Source: Myxococcota bacterium (GTDB lineage Bacteria > Myxococcota_A > UBA9160 > JAFDDA01). Taken from it: DNA of 64,000 nt. The position numbers and the translations under genes are program-made. Below are positions 10,131 through 22,307 of the stretch, piece after piece. The notes under the pieces were generated by a model. The model worked only from the letters and a program-made list of their open reading frames with translations, was not told the origin of the DNA and did not search any database. Position 1 is the first letter of the stretch; each line of letters opens with the position of its first letter. The stretch covers positions 4,736,001-4,800,000 of the forward strand of contig OZ245817.1 of assembly GCA_965228475.1 (NCBI GenBank), in the 5' to 3' direction.

Positions 10131-10167
10131 CCCCAGCAGCCCCCACGAATCCGATCTCCGCTCGTTG

Positions 10168-10193
10168 GTAACCGGCCGCGCGCCGGGTGCGTA
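10168..10193 (+). promoter_or_regulatory. ECF sigma (SigF/ECF16-like) promoter GTAACC-N16-CGTA
   Basis: GTAACC 10168-10173, 16-nt spacer, CGTA 10190-10193, 50 nt before the RiPP precursor ATG. Confidence 0.6.
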
Positions 10194-10242
10194 GTGGTTT
10201 GTGAAGCCGGAACACCGGCGAAAATCCAACGAAGGAGACTCG

Positions 10243-10521
10243 ATGAAGACCCGAAGTGGCATGCTGGCCGCGGCCGCGGCCTCCCTGTTCATGGCCGGTG
10301 GCGCGGCCCTGGTGGCCGCCCCGGCGGCAGCGGAAGACAAGATCAAGTGCGAGGGCGTGAACTCCTGCAAGAGCCACAGCGATTGCAAGACGCTCTTCAG
10401 CGAGTGTGCCGGCCACAACGACTGCGCCGGCAAGGGTTTCAAGATGCTCACGCCGGAAGAGTGCGACGAGGCGAAGGCCGAGATGGCGCGCAAGGCCGGT
10501 GAGAGCAAGGACCGCATGTAG
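10243..10521 (+). CDS. Bufferin-type (BufA2-like) secreted Cys-rich RiPP precursor
   Basis: Sec signal peptide (AAA|ED), core KCEGVNSCKSHSDCK...CAGHNDCAGKGF...EC with 6 Cys; directly upstream of DUF692. Confidence 0.85.
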   Translation: MKTRSGMLAAAAASLFMAGGAALVAAPAAAEDKIKCEGVNSCKSHSDCKTLFSECAGHNDCAGKGFKMLTPEECDEAKAEMARKAGESKDRM

Positions 10522-11409
10522 ATGAGCCATGCGCCCGGTACGCGGTCCGACGCCCCCTATCTCGGTGTCGGCGTCGGGCTGCGGCCGGTGCACTACGGCG
10601 AGCTGCTCTCGCGCGCCGCCGAAGGCCGGCTCGAGATCGACTGGGTCGAGGCCACGAGCGAGAACTACATGATCCCGGGCGGGCGGCCGCTGCGCATCCT
10701 CTCCGAGGTGCGCGCCGCCCTTCCCCTCGTTCTCCACGGCGTCTCGATGAGCCTCGGCTCGACCGATCCGCTCGACGCCGGCTACCTCGACGACCTCGAC
10801 ACCCTCGCCGCACGCTTCGAGCCGAGCTGGGTCTCGGACCACCTGTGCTGGACCGGCGTCGGCGGCCACAACCTGCACGACCTGCTCCCGCTGCCCTACA
10901 CGGAGGAGGTCGTCCGCCACCTGGCCACGCGGATCCGGCGGGTGCAGGAACGCCTCGGGCGGCGCATCGCCGTCGAGAACGTCTCCTCCTACGTGAGCTT
11001 CGCGGCGAGCGCCCTCACGGAGTGGGAGTTCCTCTCCGCCGTCGCCGAAGAGGCGGACTGCGGAATCCTCCTCGACGTGAACAACGTCTTCGTCTCCGCC
11101 CACAACCACGGCTTCGACGCCCGCACCTACCTCGCAGCGATCGACCCGGATCGCATCTTCCAGATCCACCTCGCGGGGCCGAGCGAGGAAGGCCCGCTGC
11201 TCATCGACACCCACGACCACCCGGTGCGGGAAGAGGTCTGGCAGCTCTACGCGGAGCTCGTCGCCCGCACGGGGCCCGTCTCCACCTTGATCGAATGGGA
11301 TGCGAACCTCCCGAGCTTCGAGCGACTCTGCCAGGAAGCGAAGCGGGCGCGCACGATCCTCGATGCCGAGGCAAGCGGGAGCGCCCGTGCAGTCGGAGCC
11401 CTCGGTTGA
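10522..11409 (+). CDS. DUF692 multinuclear non-heme iron oxidase (MNIO, BufB-like)
   Basis: GVGLRPVH, ENY, HGVSMSLGS, WVSDHLCW, VENVSSY, LLDVNNVFVS, QIHLAG, IDTHD, LIEWD. Confidence 0.95.
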   Translation: MSHAPGTRSDAPYLGVGVGLRPVHYGELLSRAAEGRLEIDWVEATSENYMIPGGRPLRILSEVRAALPLVLHGVSMSLGSTDPLDAGYLDDLDTLAARFEPSWVSDHLCWTGVGGHNLHDLLPLPYTEEVVRHLATRIRRVQERLGRRIAVENVSSYVSFAASALTEWEFLSAVAEEADCGILLDVNNVFVSAHNHGFDARTYLAAIDPDRIFQIHLAGPSEEGPLLIDTHDHPVREEVWQLYAELVARTGPVSTLIEWDANLPSFERLCQEAKRARTILDAEASGSARAVGALG

Positions 11410-12197
11410 GCGCCCTCGCCGACGCCCAGGAGCGGCTCTGGCGCTTCATCACCGCGCCGAGCGGCGTGCGTGCAGCCCTCGCAGAGGCCGGGCCTGCCGA
11501 GCGCGACGCCTTCGAGACCCTGCTGGCGCGCGACGACGCACTTCCGAGCGCGCTCCGCCTCGAGATCTACGCCAACGCCTATTTCCAGCGCATCCTCGAG
11601 GTGCTCGAGCGCGACTTCGAGGCACTCGCTGCGGCCCTCGGCGAGGCCGGCTTCCACGATCTCGTGACGGCCTACCTGTGCGTCCACCCGCCCCGCCGCG
11701 CTTCCCTGCGCCACGCCGGGGCCGAGCTTCCCGGCTTCCTCGCTGCGCACGAGGCCGCCGCACCGTTCCGCTCCCGCTGGCCCTTCGCCGCGGACCTGGT
11801 CCGGTTCGAGTGGGCCAAGGGCATCGCCTTCGACGCGCCGGATGCGGAGCCCCTCGGCCGGGAGCACCTCGCCCGCGTTGCGCCCGAGCGTTGGGACGGC
11901 CTCTGCTTCGCGCTCCAGCCGGGCGCCGCGCTGCTCGAGTTCGGTTGGGACGTCACCGAAGCCGCGCCCGTGCTGCGTCCGACCCGCGTGCGCGTCTGGA
12001 GGAAGCGGGAGCGCGTGCACCACCGCAAGATCGAGGACGAAGAGTTCGCGCTGCTCGCGGACCTCGTCGCCGGAGCGTCCTTCGGGGATCTTTGTGCCCG
12101 GCTCGTCGCGGTGGCGGGTGAGGAAGAGGCCCCGCAACGTGCCGCGGGCTGGCTCGCCCACTGGCTCGAGGACGAGCTCCTGGCCGCCCGGCCCTAG
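11406..12197 (+). CDS. DUF2063 MNIO partner protein (BufC/HvfC-like)
   Basis: RLEIYANAYFQRILEVL, HPP, ADLVRFEWA; TTGA overlap with the MNIO stop. Confidence 0.88.
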   Translation: MSALADAQERLWRFITAPSGVRAALAEAGPAERDAFETLLARDDALPSALRLEIYANAYFQRILEVLERDFEALAAALGEAGFHDLVTAYLCVHPPRRASLRHAGAELPGFLAAHEAAAPFRSRWPFAADLVRFEWAKGIAFDAPDAEPLGREHLARVAPERWDGLCFALQPGAALLEFGWDVTEAAPVLRPTRVRVWRKRERVHHRKIEDEEFALLADLVAGASFGDLCARLVAVAGEEEAPQRAAGWLAHWLEDELLAARP

Positions 12198-12210
12198 CCG
12201 GCCGCTGGCG

Positions 12211-12957
12211 CTAGACCGCCGGGATGTGCTCGCGAATCTCCGCGAGCACGCGGTCCGGGTGCGAGCGCACCTGGTAGTTCTCCGACTGATCGATCCAGCG
12301 CACGATCCCCTTCGCGTCGACGAGGAACGTCGTCGGGACGGGCATGCCGGTGACGCCCTTCGGCGTGATGCTGTTCGGGTTCCGAAGACCGTAGCGGTCG
12401 GTCACCGCGAGATCCGCGTCCGAGAGCATCACCGCGTTCGCGCCGTGCTTCTTGCGTCCCTTGCGGATCTCCGCCGGCGTGTCGCTGCTCACGGTCACGA
12501 GCGAGACGCCGTGGGCATCGAGCTCGGGCCGCATCTCTTCCCATCGCCGCAACTCGGCGACACAGTACGGTCACCAGTGGCCGCGGAAGAACTTCAGCAG
12601 GTAGGGCTTGCCCGAGAGGCTCGAGAGGGCGAACTCGGCACCCCCGTCGTCGACGGCGCTGAACTCGATGATGCGCTCGCCGACGCCGGTCTTCGGCGGC
12701 GTGCGCGACTGCCCCGCGAAGGGCTGCAGGAAGAGGAACGTGCCCGAGAGCGCGAGCGCCAGGCCCGCGCCGATCTTGCCGAGGAGGCCCGCGCCCGCCA
12801 CGAAGGCGGTCACGGCGAGGAGCGCGCCGAGGCCCATCGCAGCGATCACGAGGCTTCGCACCTCGGCGGTGCGAACCGCCTGCATGCGCTGGAACCAGAG
12901 CGCGCCGGTGGCGCCGACCACCGTGACCGCGAGCAAGGCGAAGAGGTTGCCGTCCAT
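12211..12957 (-). CDS. Membrane-anchored peroxiredoxin-like (AhpC/TSA) selenoprotein, UxxC
   Basis: Track ORFs 12571..12957 and 12211..12552 are in the same frame: FFRGHW-TGA-PYCVAEL; TGA sits at the first Cys of the family CxxC; SECIS-like hairpin follows; selA is in the window. Confidence 0.88.
12544..12560 (-). promoter_or_regulatory. Bacterial SECIS-like hairpin
   Basis: mRNA UCGCCG-AGUUG-CGGCGA, perfect 6-bp stem at UGA+11..+27, G in the apical loop. Confidence 0.75.
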
Positions 12958-12974
12958 GGGGAAACGGTAGCGCC

Positions 12975-13667
12975 CTAGGACACCGGGAGCAGTGCGGCGA
13001 TGAGGAAGCGAATCACGTGCTCGCGCGCCTCGTCCGGATCGTACGCCTCGGGGGCGCGGTCCCAGTGGATGTGCACCGCCCAGGTCACGAGCGTCTCGAG
13101 CGTGATGCGGGCGAGCAGGCGGACGTTCGGGACGCGTCGGATCTGGCCCGAGGCCATGCGCTGCTCGAGGTAGCGGCGCAGGGAAGCCCGCCCGCCCTCG
13201 CGCCCCGTCTCCTGCCAGATGGGGCCGAGCTCCGGATGGTCGAGACAGCGGTCGATCAGCTTGATCCCGCGGCGGTTCGCGCTGAGCACGTCGAAGAGCT
13301 CACCGAGAACGGCTTCGAGTTCGCCGCGCGGGTCGCCGGCCCGATCGCGACCGTTCGCCGCTTCGAGGAGTGGCTGCGTCGATTCCTCCGAGATCCGCTG
13401 CTTCACGAAGACGCTGAGCGACCCGGACTTCGGCGTGGGGATGGGCAGGTGCTCGGGCTTCTCGATCCGGCCTTCGCGGTCCGCGGCGCCGACACAGAGC
13501 GCGAAGAGGGCCTCCTTGCTCTCGACGTAGCCGTAGAGCGTTCCCTTCGCGACACCGACGGCGGCAGCGACGTCGGCCATCTGCGTGCGGCGATACCCCC
13601 GCTCGATGAAGACCTCGACGGCAGCGTCGACGAGCTCGCCGAAGCGCTCTTCGGGAATCCGTCTCAC
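12975..13667 (-). CDS. TetR/AcrR family regulator
   Basis: FIERGYRRTQMADVAAAVGVAKGTLYGYVESKEALF. Confidence 0.92.
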   Translation of the reverse strand: MRRIPEERFGELVDAAVEVFIERGYRRTQMADVAAAVGVAKGTLYGYVESKEALFALCVGAADREGRIEKPEHLPIPTPKSGSLSVFVKQRISEESTQPLLEAANGRDRAGDPRGELEAVLGELFDVLSANRRGIKLIDRCLDHPELGPIWQETGREGGRASLRRYLEQRMASGQIRRVPNVRLLARITLETLVTWAVHIHWDRAPEAYDPDEAREHVIRFLIAALLPVS

Positions 13668-14317
13668 CGGGCGCCCGCCTCCGTTCGTGGCTCGAAGATC
13701 TGGAAGCTCTGGACGGGGAGGAACTCGAAGCTCTCGGTCCGCCGATAGCCCGCCGCTTCCATCTCGGAAACGATCACGGCGGCATCGCTCGTGTGCTCAC
13801 CCTGGATCCAACGGATCGGCGCCGGCGTGTCGTGGCGGTCGTCGAGATGGGCGACGCGCCCGCCGGCCGCGAGATCCGTGCGCAAGCGCTCGAAGTAGGC
13901 GATCTGGCCCTCGATGTGGTGATAGGTCAGGCAGGTCATCGCGAGGTCGATCTCTCCATCGGGGAGCTCCGGATCTTCGTAGCGGCCCCGAACGATGACG
14001 ACGTTCTCGAGGGCCTCCCGCGAGACGCGCTCCTCGAGCTCCGCGATCTTATCGTCTTCGACCTCCACCGCGAAGACGACGCCTTCTTGGCCGACCGCGC
14101 TCGAGAGGTAGGGCAGCCAGTAGCCGTCCCCGGCGCCGATCTCCGCGACCCGGTCTCCCTCCGCCAGGCCGAGGGAGCGGACGACCCGCTCCGGATGCTG
14201 CCAGCCGTCTCGTCCCCCGGTGAGGAGGCCCGGAAGATCGACCTTCGCGACCGGCGCGCAGGCGGTGCCGAGCGCCGTCAACGAAGACAGGGCCATGCAG
14301 CGGGCGAAGCGCTTCAT
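13664..14317 (-). CDS. Class I SAM-dependent methyltransferase with lipoprotein-like signal
   Basis: VAEIGAGDGY, VFAVEV, CLTYHHI; N-terminal LGTAC. Confidence 0.85.
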   Translation of the reverse strand: MKRFARCMALSSLTALGTACAPVAKVDLPGLLTGGRDGWQHPERVVRSLGLAEGDRVAEIGAGDGYWLPYLSSAVGQEGVVFAVEVEDDKIAELEERVSREALENVVIVRGRYEDPELPDGEIDLAMTCLTYHHIEGQIAYFERLRTDLAAGGRVAHLDDRHDTPAPIRWIQGEHTSDAAVIVSEMEAAGYRRTESFEFLPVQSFQIFEPRTEAGAR

Positions 14318-15699
14318 CGGATCTTTCCTCCGGACTCGAGGGCGAGACGCCGGATACGCCGGCGGTACTCCTGGTGGCGCCCTTCGTCGAGGCCGAGGCG
14401 CGCCAACAAGGCCATGGCGAGGAGGGTCGCGAGGAGCGGCAGAACGGAGACCGAGAGTTGGATCCCGTTCAGCGTCTCCGCCGTCTGGGCCACGTTGGGC
14501 TCGAAGCCGATCCCGGAAAGCAGGAGGCCTGCGAAGAGGATCGAGAACCCGACGGCCATCTTGATCGCCAGGTTCCACGTCGCGAAGAAGGTGCCCTCCT
14601 TCCGCTCTCCCGTTCGGGCTTCGTCGCCGTCGACCACGTCGGCCTTGAGCGAAGGGCCGAGCACGGCGCCCGCCCCGGTGGCCGCTCCGAAGACCACGGT
14701 GAGCCCTGCGATGAGGAGCGTGTCCCCGGCCCCGACGAAGGCCATCCCCGCGAAGACGCCGCCCTTCACCGCGAGCGAGCCGCCCCAGACCCGGGCCTTC
14801 CCGAAGCGCCGTGAGAGCGGCACCCACACCGGGAGCGTCGCGAGGGTCGTGAGGATCGCGCCGAAGAGGTAGTACGCCGTCGAACCCGGCGTCTCGAGCA
14901 CGTACTCCGTCACGTAGGGAAGCATCACGACGAAGATCTGGTAGCCGAGCATCTCGAGGAAGAAGACGCCGACCAGGATGCGCGCCTCCCGGTTCCGCAT
15001 GACGTCGAGGAACGCGGCGTGGGGCGCCTTGCTGCCGCCGCGCCCGAGGTGATGCTCCGGCTCGCTCAGCCCCGCGCTGACGATGACGGTGCCGATCACC
15101 ATGAGCAGACCCGCGGCCGTGGCAACGCACACCGCAGCCACCCGCGGTGAGTCGGCGTTCTCCATCAAGAGGAGGGAAGCGGCGCCGAGCACGATCCCGA
15201 TGTGGTCGCCGAAGGCCTTCGCGCCGAACACGCGCGTCCGGTCGTGGTAGCCCTCGGAGAGCTCCGCGCCGAGGGCGTGGTAGGGCACGCTGAAGGCGGT
15301 CACGGCGGTGTAGAAGAGCAGGATCGACGCGCCCATCCACAGGTCGAGGTGCTCGGGCGGAAGGGAGTCCGGCGGGGACCAGACCGCCATGTAGGAGCCG
15401 GCGATCGGCAGCGCCGAGAAGAGGAACCACGGCCGTCTTCGCCCGAGGCGGGTCCGCGTCCGGTCGCTCAGGTGCCCGACGACCGGGTCGGTGACCGCGT
15501 CCCAGAAGCGCCCGACGGCGAAGATCACTCCGATCGTCGCCGGGGCGATCAGCAGGACGTCGGTTGAGAACTTCAGGAGGTACAGGCTCACGGCCGTGAA
15601 CACGAAGTGGATGGCCACCCCCGGCGCGCCGTAGGCGATCAGGACGGAGAGGGGGACGCGGGCCTCGGAGCCTCGGGACGGTGCGGAGTACTGGGTCAT
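14314..15699 (-). CDS. MFS transporter, GPH/MelB-like
   Basis: RFWDAVTDPVVGHLSDRTRTRLGRRRPW, VPYHALGAELS, TGERKEGTFF. Confidence 0.92.
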   Translation of the reverse strand: MTQYSAPSRGSEARVPLSVLIAYGAPGVAIHFVFTAVSLYLLKFSTDVLLIAPATIGVIFAVGRFWDAVTDPVVGHLSDRTRTRLGRRRPWFLFSALPIAGSYMAVWSPPDSLPPEHLDLWMGASILLFYTAVTAFSVPYHALGAELSEGYHDRTRVFGAKAFGDHIGIVLGAASLLLMENADSPRVAAVCVATAAGLLMVIGTVIVSAGLSEPEHHLGRGGSKAPHAAFLDVMRNREARILVGVFFLEMLGYQIFVVMLPYVTEYVLETPGSTAYYLFGAILTTLATLPVWVPLSRRFGKARVWGGSLAVKGGVFAGMAFVGAGDTLLIAGLTVVFGAATGAGAVLGPSLKADVVDGDEARTGERKEGTFFATWNLAIKMAVGFSILFAGLLLSGIGFEPNVAQTAETLNGIQLSVSVLPLLATLLAMALLARLGLDEGRHQEYRRRIRRLALESGGKIR

Positions 15700-15724
15700 G
15701 CGGGCCTCCTGGGTCGGTGGCCGC

Positions 15725-15754
15725 AAGGTAATGTTAACTGACCCGGTCGGTCAA
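15725..15754 (-). promoter_or_regulatory. Sigma70-like promoter overlapped by a TetR-type palindrome
   Basis: Minus strand TTGACC-N18-TACCTT; palindrome TGACC-N5-GGTCA at 15739-15753 overlaps the -35. Confidence 0.6.
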
Positions 15755-15819
15755 GTCTTCAAGAAGAACGGGTCCCAGGTATCATGATTCCCATTGGAAA
15801 TCAGATACTTGGGCGCTCG

Positions 15820-17634
<1,815 letters not shown>

Positions 17635-17654
17635 GGGTTTCTCCTTGAGACCTT

Positions 17655-19487
17655 CTAAAAAGCTGCGCTGCTTGAGCTGCCGGGGCGGCCGGGGGGCCGC
17701 ACCGACGGTTCGGGGACATGGGTTCTTCGGCGTCGGCGCTCGACGCGCTGCTGGGCCTCGGCCAGAAGCTCCGCATCGGAGAGCTCCTGCCGCTGCCAGC
17801 GGCGGCGCCGGTCGCGTCCTTCGTCGCGCTGGGTGGCTTCTTGGAGGCTCGCCACCACGTCCGCGAAGACTCGTTTCGCCCGCTCGGCGTCGCCCGCGAA
17901 GCGATCGTCGAGCACGACGCTGCGGAGCACCGCCAGCGCCACGGGATCCTCGCCGGCACCCGCGCCGTCGGCGGCGTCGATCGCGGCGACGTCGACCGTT
18001 CCGGCGCGCGCCGCTTCGTCGAGGGCGCGGGAGAGGGCCGTCCGGGCGGGGCTCTCGGGAACCAGGGAAAGCAGCGCGTCGTGAGGCTCGACGCTCGCGA
18101 GGCTCGGGTCGGACACGATCGCGGCGATCAGATCGAGGGTCCAACGCACGCGGCGGTCGTCGCGCCGCGGCGGCTCGGGGACGGCTTCCCGCGCGGCGGT
18201 CTCCCCGCCGCTGCGCGCGCGCAGCGTCGCCTGCTCGACCGCGGCGATCTCGACGTCCACGGCCAGGGCGAGCTGGCGGATGCGCTCGCTGCGCTCGACG
18301 GCATCGGGCACGAGCGCGAACAGCGGCGCCACGGCCGCAACGGCATCCGCCTTCTCCCAGGGCGTCGCGCAGCCGCGGGCGACCGCACGCGAGATCACGC
18401 GGTCGAAGGCCGGCTCGGAGGCGTCGACGCGGGCGCGCAGGCCCTCGGCCCCCTCGCTCGCGAGCAGGTCGTCGGGGTCCTGGCCGGCCGGGAGGAGCAC
18501 CGTCTCCGCGCGCAGCCCTTCGGGTAACAGGACCTCGAGAGCGGACTCCGCCGCGCGCTGGCCGGCCTCGTCGCCATCGAAGACCAGGACCACGCGGCCC
18601 GTCCGTCGGCGGAGCGCCCGCGCATGCTCGGCGGTGAGCGCCGTGCCGCAGGTCGCCACGGCTTCCTCGATGCCGGCGCGGTGCATCGCGATCCGGTCGA
18701 AGTACCCCTCCACGACGACCGCCCTCTCGCTCTTCCGCATGGCCGCGACGGCGTCGTTCAGGCCGTAGAAGACTTCGCGCTTCTTATAGATTGGGCTCTC
18801 GGGGGTGTTCAGGTACTTCGGCTTCTGCTCGTCCTGGGTCGCGCGGCCGCCGAACCCGAGCACCTGGCCGCGTGCATCCTGGATCGGGAAGGTGATGCGC
18901 CCGCGCAGCATGTCGTAGCTGCGGCCTTCGCGATTCCCGATCAACCCGGCCTGCTGGCCGATGGCCGCCGGGATCTTCTCGCGCTCGAGGCGTCCGAGCA
19001 GCGCACGCCCGCTCGCCGGCGCGAAGCCGATGCCGAAGCGCGCGATCTCCTCCGGTCCGATGCCCCGCTTCGCCAGATACGCGCGCGCGGCCTCCGCTTC
19101 CGGCGCGCGCAGGGCCTCGGCGTAGAGCGCCTGGGCGGTCTGGTTCGCGCCGCGGAGCTTCTCCGAGAGCCCCGCCTCGCCCGGCGCGGCGTGCTCGGGA
19201 ATCTCGATCCCGAGCTCGCGGGCGAGGGTCCGCACCGCCTCGGGGAAGGTGAGGTTCTCGTGCATCATCAGGAACGTGATGGCGTTGCCGCCCTCGCCGC
19301 ACCCGAAGCAATGGAAGATCTGCCGTTCGACGTTGACGTTGAACGACGGAGTCTTTTCGTCGTGGAAGGGACAAAGCCCGGAAAAGTTGCGTCCGGACTT
19401 CTTAAGGCTGACGTGGCGTCCGATCAGTTCGACCAGATCGACGCGATCCCGAATGGCTTGGAGGGTTTCCTCGGGAATGCGTGCCAC
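17655..19487 (-). CDS. dnaG: DNA primase
   Basis: [43 protein letters not shown]. Confidence 0.97.
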   Translation of the reverse strand: MARIPEETLQAIRDRVDLVELIGRHVSLKKSGRNFSGLCPFHDEKTPSFNVNVERQIFHCFGCGEGGNAITFLMMHENLTFPEAVRTLARELGIEIPEHAAPGEAGLSEKLRGANQTAQALYAEALRAPEAEAARAYLAKRGIGPEEIARFGIGFAPASGRALLGRLEREKIPAAIGQQAGLIGNREGRSYDMLRGRITFPIQDARGQVLGFGGRATQDEQKPKYLNTPESPIYKKREVFYGLNDAVAAMRKSERAVVVEGYFDRIAMHRAGIEEAVATCGTALTAEHARALRRRTGRVVLVFDGDEAGQRAAESALEVLLPEGLRAETVLLPAGQDPDDLLASEGAEGLRARVDASEPAFDRVISRAVARGCATPWEKADAVAAVAPLFALVPDAVERSERIRQLALAVDVEIAAVEQATLRARSGGETAAREAVPEPPRRDDRRVRWTLDLIAAIVSDPSLASVEPHDALLSLVPESPARTALSRALDEAARAGTVDVAAIDAADGAGAGEDPVALAVLRSVVLDDRFAGDAERAKRVFADVVASLQEATQRDEGRDRRRRWQRQELSDAELLAEAQQRVERRRRRTHVPEPSVRPPGRPGSSSSAAF

Positions 19488-19499
19488 TTCGACCCCGAC

Positions 19500-19697
19500 C
19501 TAGCGCGCCGCCCTCTTGAGCTTCTTCAGCGCCCGCTTCCGTGCCGCCGCAGCCTTCTTCTTCTTGCGGATGCTCGGCTTGTCGTAGTACTCGCGGCGGC
19601 GCAGCTCAGTGAGGATTCCGGCCTTTTCGCACTGCTTCTTGAAGCGCTTCATGGCCTGTTCGAAGGTTTCGTTCTCTTTGACTTTGACGACCGGCAT
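19500..19697 (-). CDS. rpsU: 30S ribosomal protein S21
   Basis: [28 protein letters not shown]. Confidence 0.97.
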   Translation of the reverse strand: MPVVKVKENETFEQAMKRFKKQCEKAGILTELRRREYYDKPSIRKKKKAAAARKRALKKLKRAAR

Positions 19698-20001
19698 TCG
19701 AGCGGGTCTCCCAGCGAATCTGACGCTCCGTCAGATGCGCGACGCTATCGGAAGTAAGTGGTCGCGGAAACCCGCTCGTGTCGGAAGCTGCCGGTTGAAG
19801 AACGCGGCCGGGAGAGGCCGGTGGGCGGCGGCAACTTCGCCACAGAACTGAGTTTTACGCGCTATCCCCCAGAAAAACTGAACAAATTCAAACGTTTGCC
19901 AGCACCCGTGCGCGAGGCCGAGCAAGGCTAGCCCAGGGGTTTTCCGCCTGCCACGACGCCGCGTGTCATCGAATCGTTCCCCAAGCCCCGAGAATTTCGT
20001 G

Positions 20002-20880
20002 CTAGGCGCGAGGGCCTTCCAGGGGCTCCCTGGGAGGCCGGACGGGGATGCCGAGGGCCATCAGATCGCGCTTCACCTCCCCCACCGTCGTTTCCTTGAA
20101 GTGGAAGATCGAGGCCGCCAGCGCCGCCTGGGCGTGGCCGCCTTCGGGGCCGTCGTCGAGGGCCTTCGCCATGTCCTCGGCGCTGCCGCCGCCGCCGGAG
20201 GCGATCACCGGGATGGGGATCGCGTCCGCCACGGTGCGCACGGCTTCGAGGTCGTAGCCCGCCTTCGTCCCGTCGCGATCCATGCTCGTGAGCAGGATCT
20301 CGCCGGCGCCCGCCTCGGCCATCGCGCGCGCCCAGGCCACGGCATCGATCCCCGCCGGCGTGCGCCCGCCGTGGGTACAGACCTCCCAGCGCGATTCGCC
20401 GGGGACGATGGGTGCGAGCGCGGCACCCGCGAGCTTCTCCCCGCCGGCGCGCTCGCTCGGAACGAGGACATCGCCCGAGACCGCACGCGCATCGATCGCG
20501 ACGACGAGGTTCGCGCTGCCGATCTTCGCCGCGGCGCGCGCGACGAGGTCCGGATCCTTCACCGCGGCGGTCATGATCGAGACCTTGTCCGCGCCGGCGT
20601 TCAAGAGATCCCGGATGTCGTCGAGGCTGCGCACGCCGCCCCCCACCGTGAGCGGCATGAAGACGGTCTCGGCCGTGCGCGAGACGACGTCGAAGATCGT
20701 GCGGCGTTCCTGGTGGCTCGCGGTGATGTCGAGGAAGGTGATCTCGTCGGCTTCCTGGGCATCGTACATCTGGGCGACCTCGACCGGGTCGCCCGCGTCG
20801 ACGTGGTCGACGTACTGCACGCCCTTCACGACGCGGCCGTCGGCGACGTCGAGGCACGGGATGATGCGCTTCTTCAGCAT
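20002..20880 (-). CDS. hisF: Imidazole glycerol phosphate synthase subunit HisF
   Basis: [41 protein letters not shown]. Confidence 0.97.
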   Translation of the reverse strand: MLKKRIIPCLDVADGRVVKGVQYVDHVDAGDPVEVAQMYDAQEADEITFLDITASHQERRTIFDVVSRTAETVFMPLTVGGGVRSLDDIRDLLNAGADKVSIMTAAVKDPDLVARAAAKIGSANLVVAIDARAVSGDVLVPSERAGGEKLAGAALAPIVPGESRWEVCTHGGRTPAGIDAVAWARAMAEAGAGEILLTSMDRDGTKAGYDLEAVRTVADAIPIPVIASGGGGSAEDMAKALDDGPEGGHAQAALAASIFHFKETTVGEVKRDLMALGIPVRPPREPLEGPRA

Positions 20881-20896
20881 CGCGGCGCCCGCATCT

Positions 20897-21637
20897 TCAC
20901 GAGGATGCCTCGACGGCCTCGGCCAGATCGACCGCACCGGTGTAGAGCGCGCGGCCGACGATGATGCCGGCGATGCCGTCCGCCTGGGCCTCGGCCGCCG
21001 CACGCACGTGGGCGACTTCGCCGACGCCGCCGGAGACGATCACGGGGATCGAGACGGCGCGCGCGAGCTCTCGGGTCGCCTCGAGGTTCGGCCCGGTCTG
21101 CATGCCGTCGCGCGCGATGTCGGTGTGGATGATGGCCGCGACGCCCGCGTCCTCGAAGCGCCGGGCGAGATCCACGGCCGTGGTCTCGCTCGCCTCGAGC
21201 CAGCCTTCGACCGCGACGCGCCCGTCCTTGGCGTCGATGCCGACGGCCACCTGCCCGGGGAAGGCGCGGGCGGCTTCGCGCACGAGCTCGGGTTCGCGCA
21301 GGGCCACCGTCCCGAAGATCACGCGCTCGACGCCGAGGGCGAGGGTCTCCTCCGCGATCTCCACGCTCCGGATGCCGCCGCCGACCTGGAGCGGAACCTT
21401 CCCGGCGGCGTCGGCGACCTCGGCGATCCGGCGGATCGCCTCGCGGTTGCGCGGGGTGCCCTCCTTCGCGCCGTCGAGATCCACCGCGTGGAGGCGGCGC
21501 ACCTTCGCGGCGACGAAGCGCTCGGCCATCGCGCCCGGGTCGTCGCCGTACTCCGTCGCCTGGTCGTAGCGCCCCTGGGAGAGACGCACGCAGCGCCCCC
21601 CGAGGAGGTCGATGGCCGGGATCAGCTCGAACGCCAT
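20897..21637 (-). CDS. hisA: ProFAR isomerase HisA
   Basis: [33 protein letters not shown]. Confidence 0.96.
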   Translation of the reverse strand: MAFELIPAIDLLGGRCVRLSQGRYDQATEYGDDPGAMAERFVAAKVRRLHAVDLDGAKEGTPRNREAIRRIAEVADAAGKVPLQVGGGIRSVEIAEETLALGVERVIFGTVALREPELVREAARAFPGQVAVGIDAKDGRVAVEGWLEASETTAVDLARRFEDAGVAAIIHTDIARDGMQTGPNLEATRELARAVSIPVIVSGGVGEVAHVRAAAEAQADGIAGIIVGRALYTGAVDLAEAVEASS

Positions 21638-21644
21638 GGCCGCC

Positions 21645-22307
21645 CTAGTAGGCGCTCTCGCCGGCGGGCATGGACTTCGACATCTCGCTCGCGCCCCAGC
21701 GCGCGAGCTCCTCCGCCGTCAGCCAGCGCGTGCCGCCGCCCGGGTAGCGGCGCACGTTCAGCAGGTTCTCGTTGATCGGCTGCTGCGTCTCTTCGAACGT
21801 GCCGCTCCACAGACGCCGCGCGGCCGGGGCGTCCTGGAGCATCACGCGGAATCCCACGCTCGCCGGGTTCGCCGCGGCGAGGGATTGCCCCGTCCGCTCG
21901 CGGAAGCGGGTCACCGTGCCGGTCAGGACGCCGTCGGCCCCGAAGGCGAAGGCCGCGAGGTTCGCGATGGGCCGCCGGTTCTCCGGAATGGCCGGGTCGA
22001 GGCCCGCCTCGTCGAGGGCGACGCGGAAGTCGTCCGCCGGAATGACGCGCACGCCGCGGCCGGCCAGGGCTTCGGTCACGTAGCGCGTCACGAGCTTGGT
22101 GACGGCCTCCGTCGAATCCGTCGTGTTCTCGGGGCCGCTGCGCTTGAGATCCCCGCCCGTGGTGAAGGGGACCACCACGACCTTGCTCACCGTGGCGCCG
22201 CCGCGGTCTTCGAAGGCCGGGAAGGTCTCCTGGCGGACCGTGTCGAAGGCACAGGCGGAGAGCAGCAGCGCCGCGGCCGCGGCCCAGACCGTTCGCACGC
22301 GCCTCAC
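21645..22307 (-). CDS. Lipoprotein of unknown function
   Basis: Lipobox LLSAC; VVVVPF, GADGVLTGTVTRFRER; GTGA overlap with hisH. Confidence 0.7.
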   Translation of the reverse strand: MRRVRTVWAAAAALLLSACAFDTVRQETFPAFEDRGGATVSKVVVVPFTTGGDLKRSGPENTTDSTEAVTKLVTRYVTEALAGRGVRVIPADDFRVALDEAGLDPAIPENRRPIANLAAFAFGADGVLTGTVTRFRERTGQSLAAANPASVGFRVMLQDAPAARRLWSGTFEETQQPINENLLNVRRYPGGGTRWLTAEELARWGASEMSKSMPAGESAY

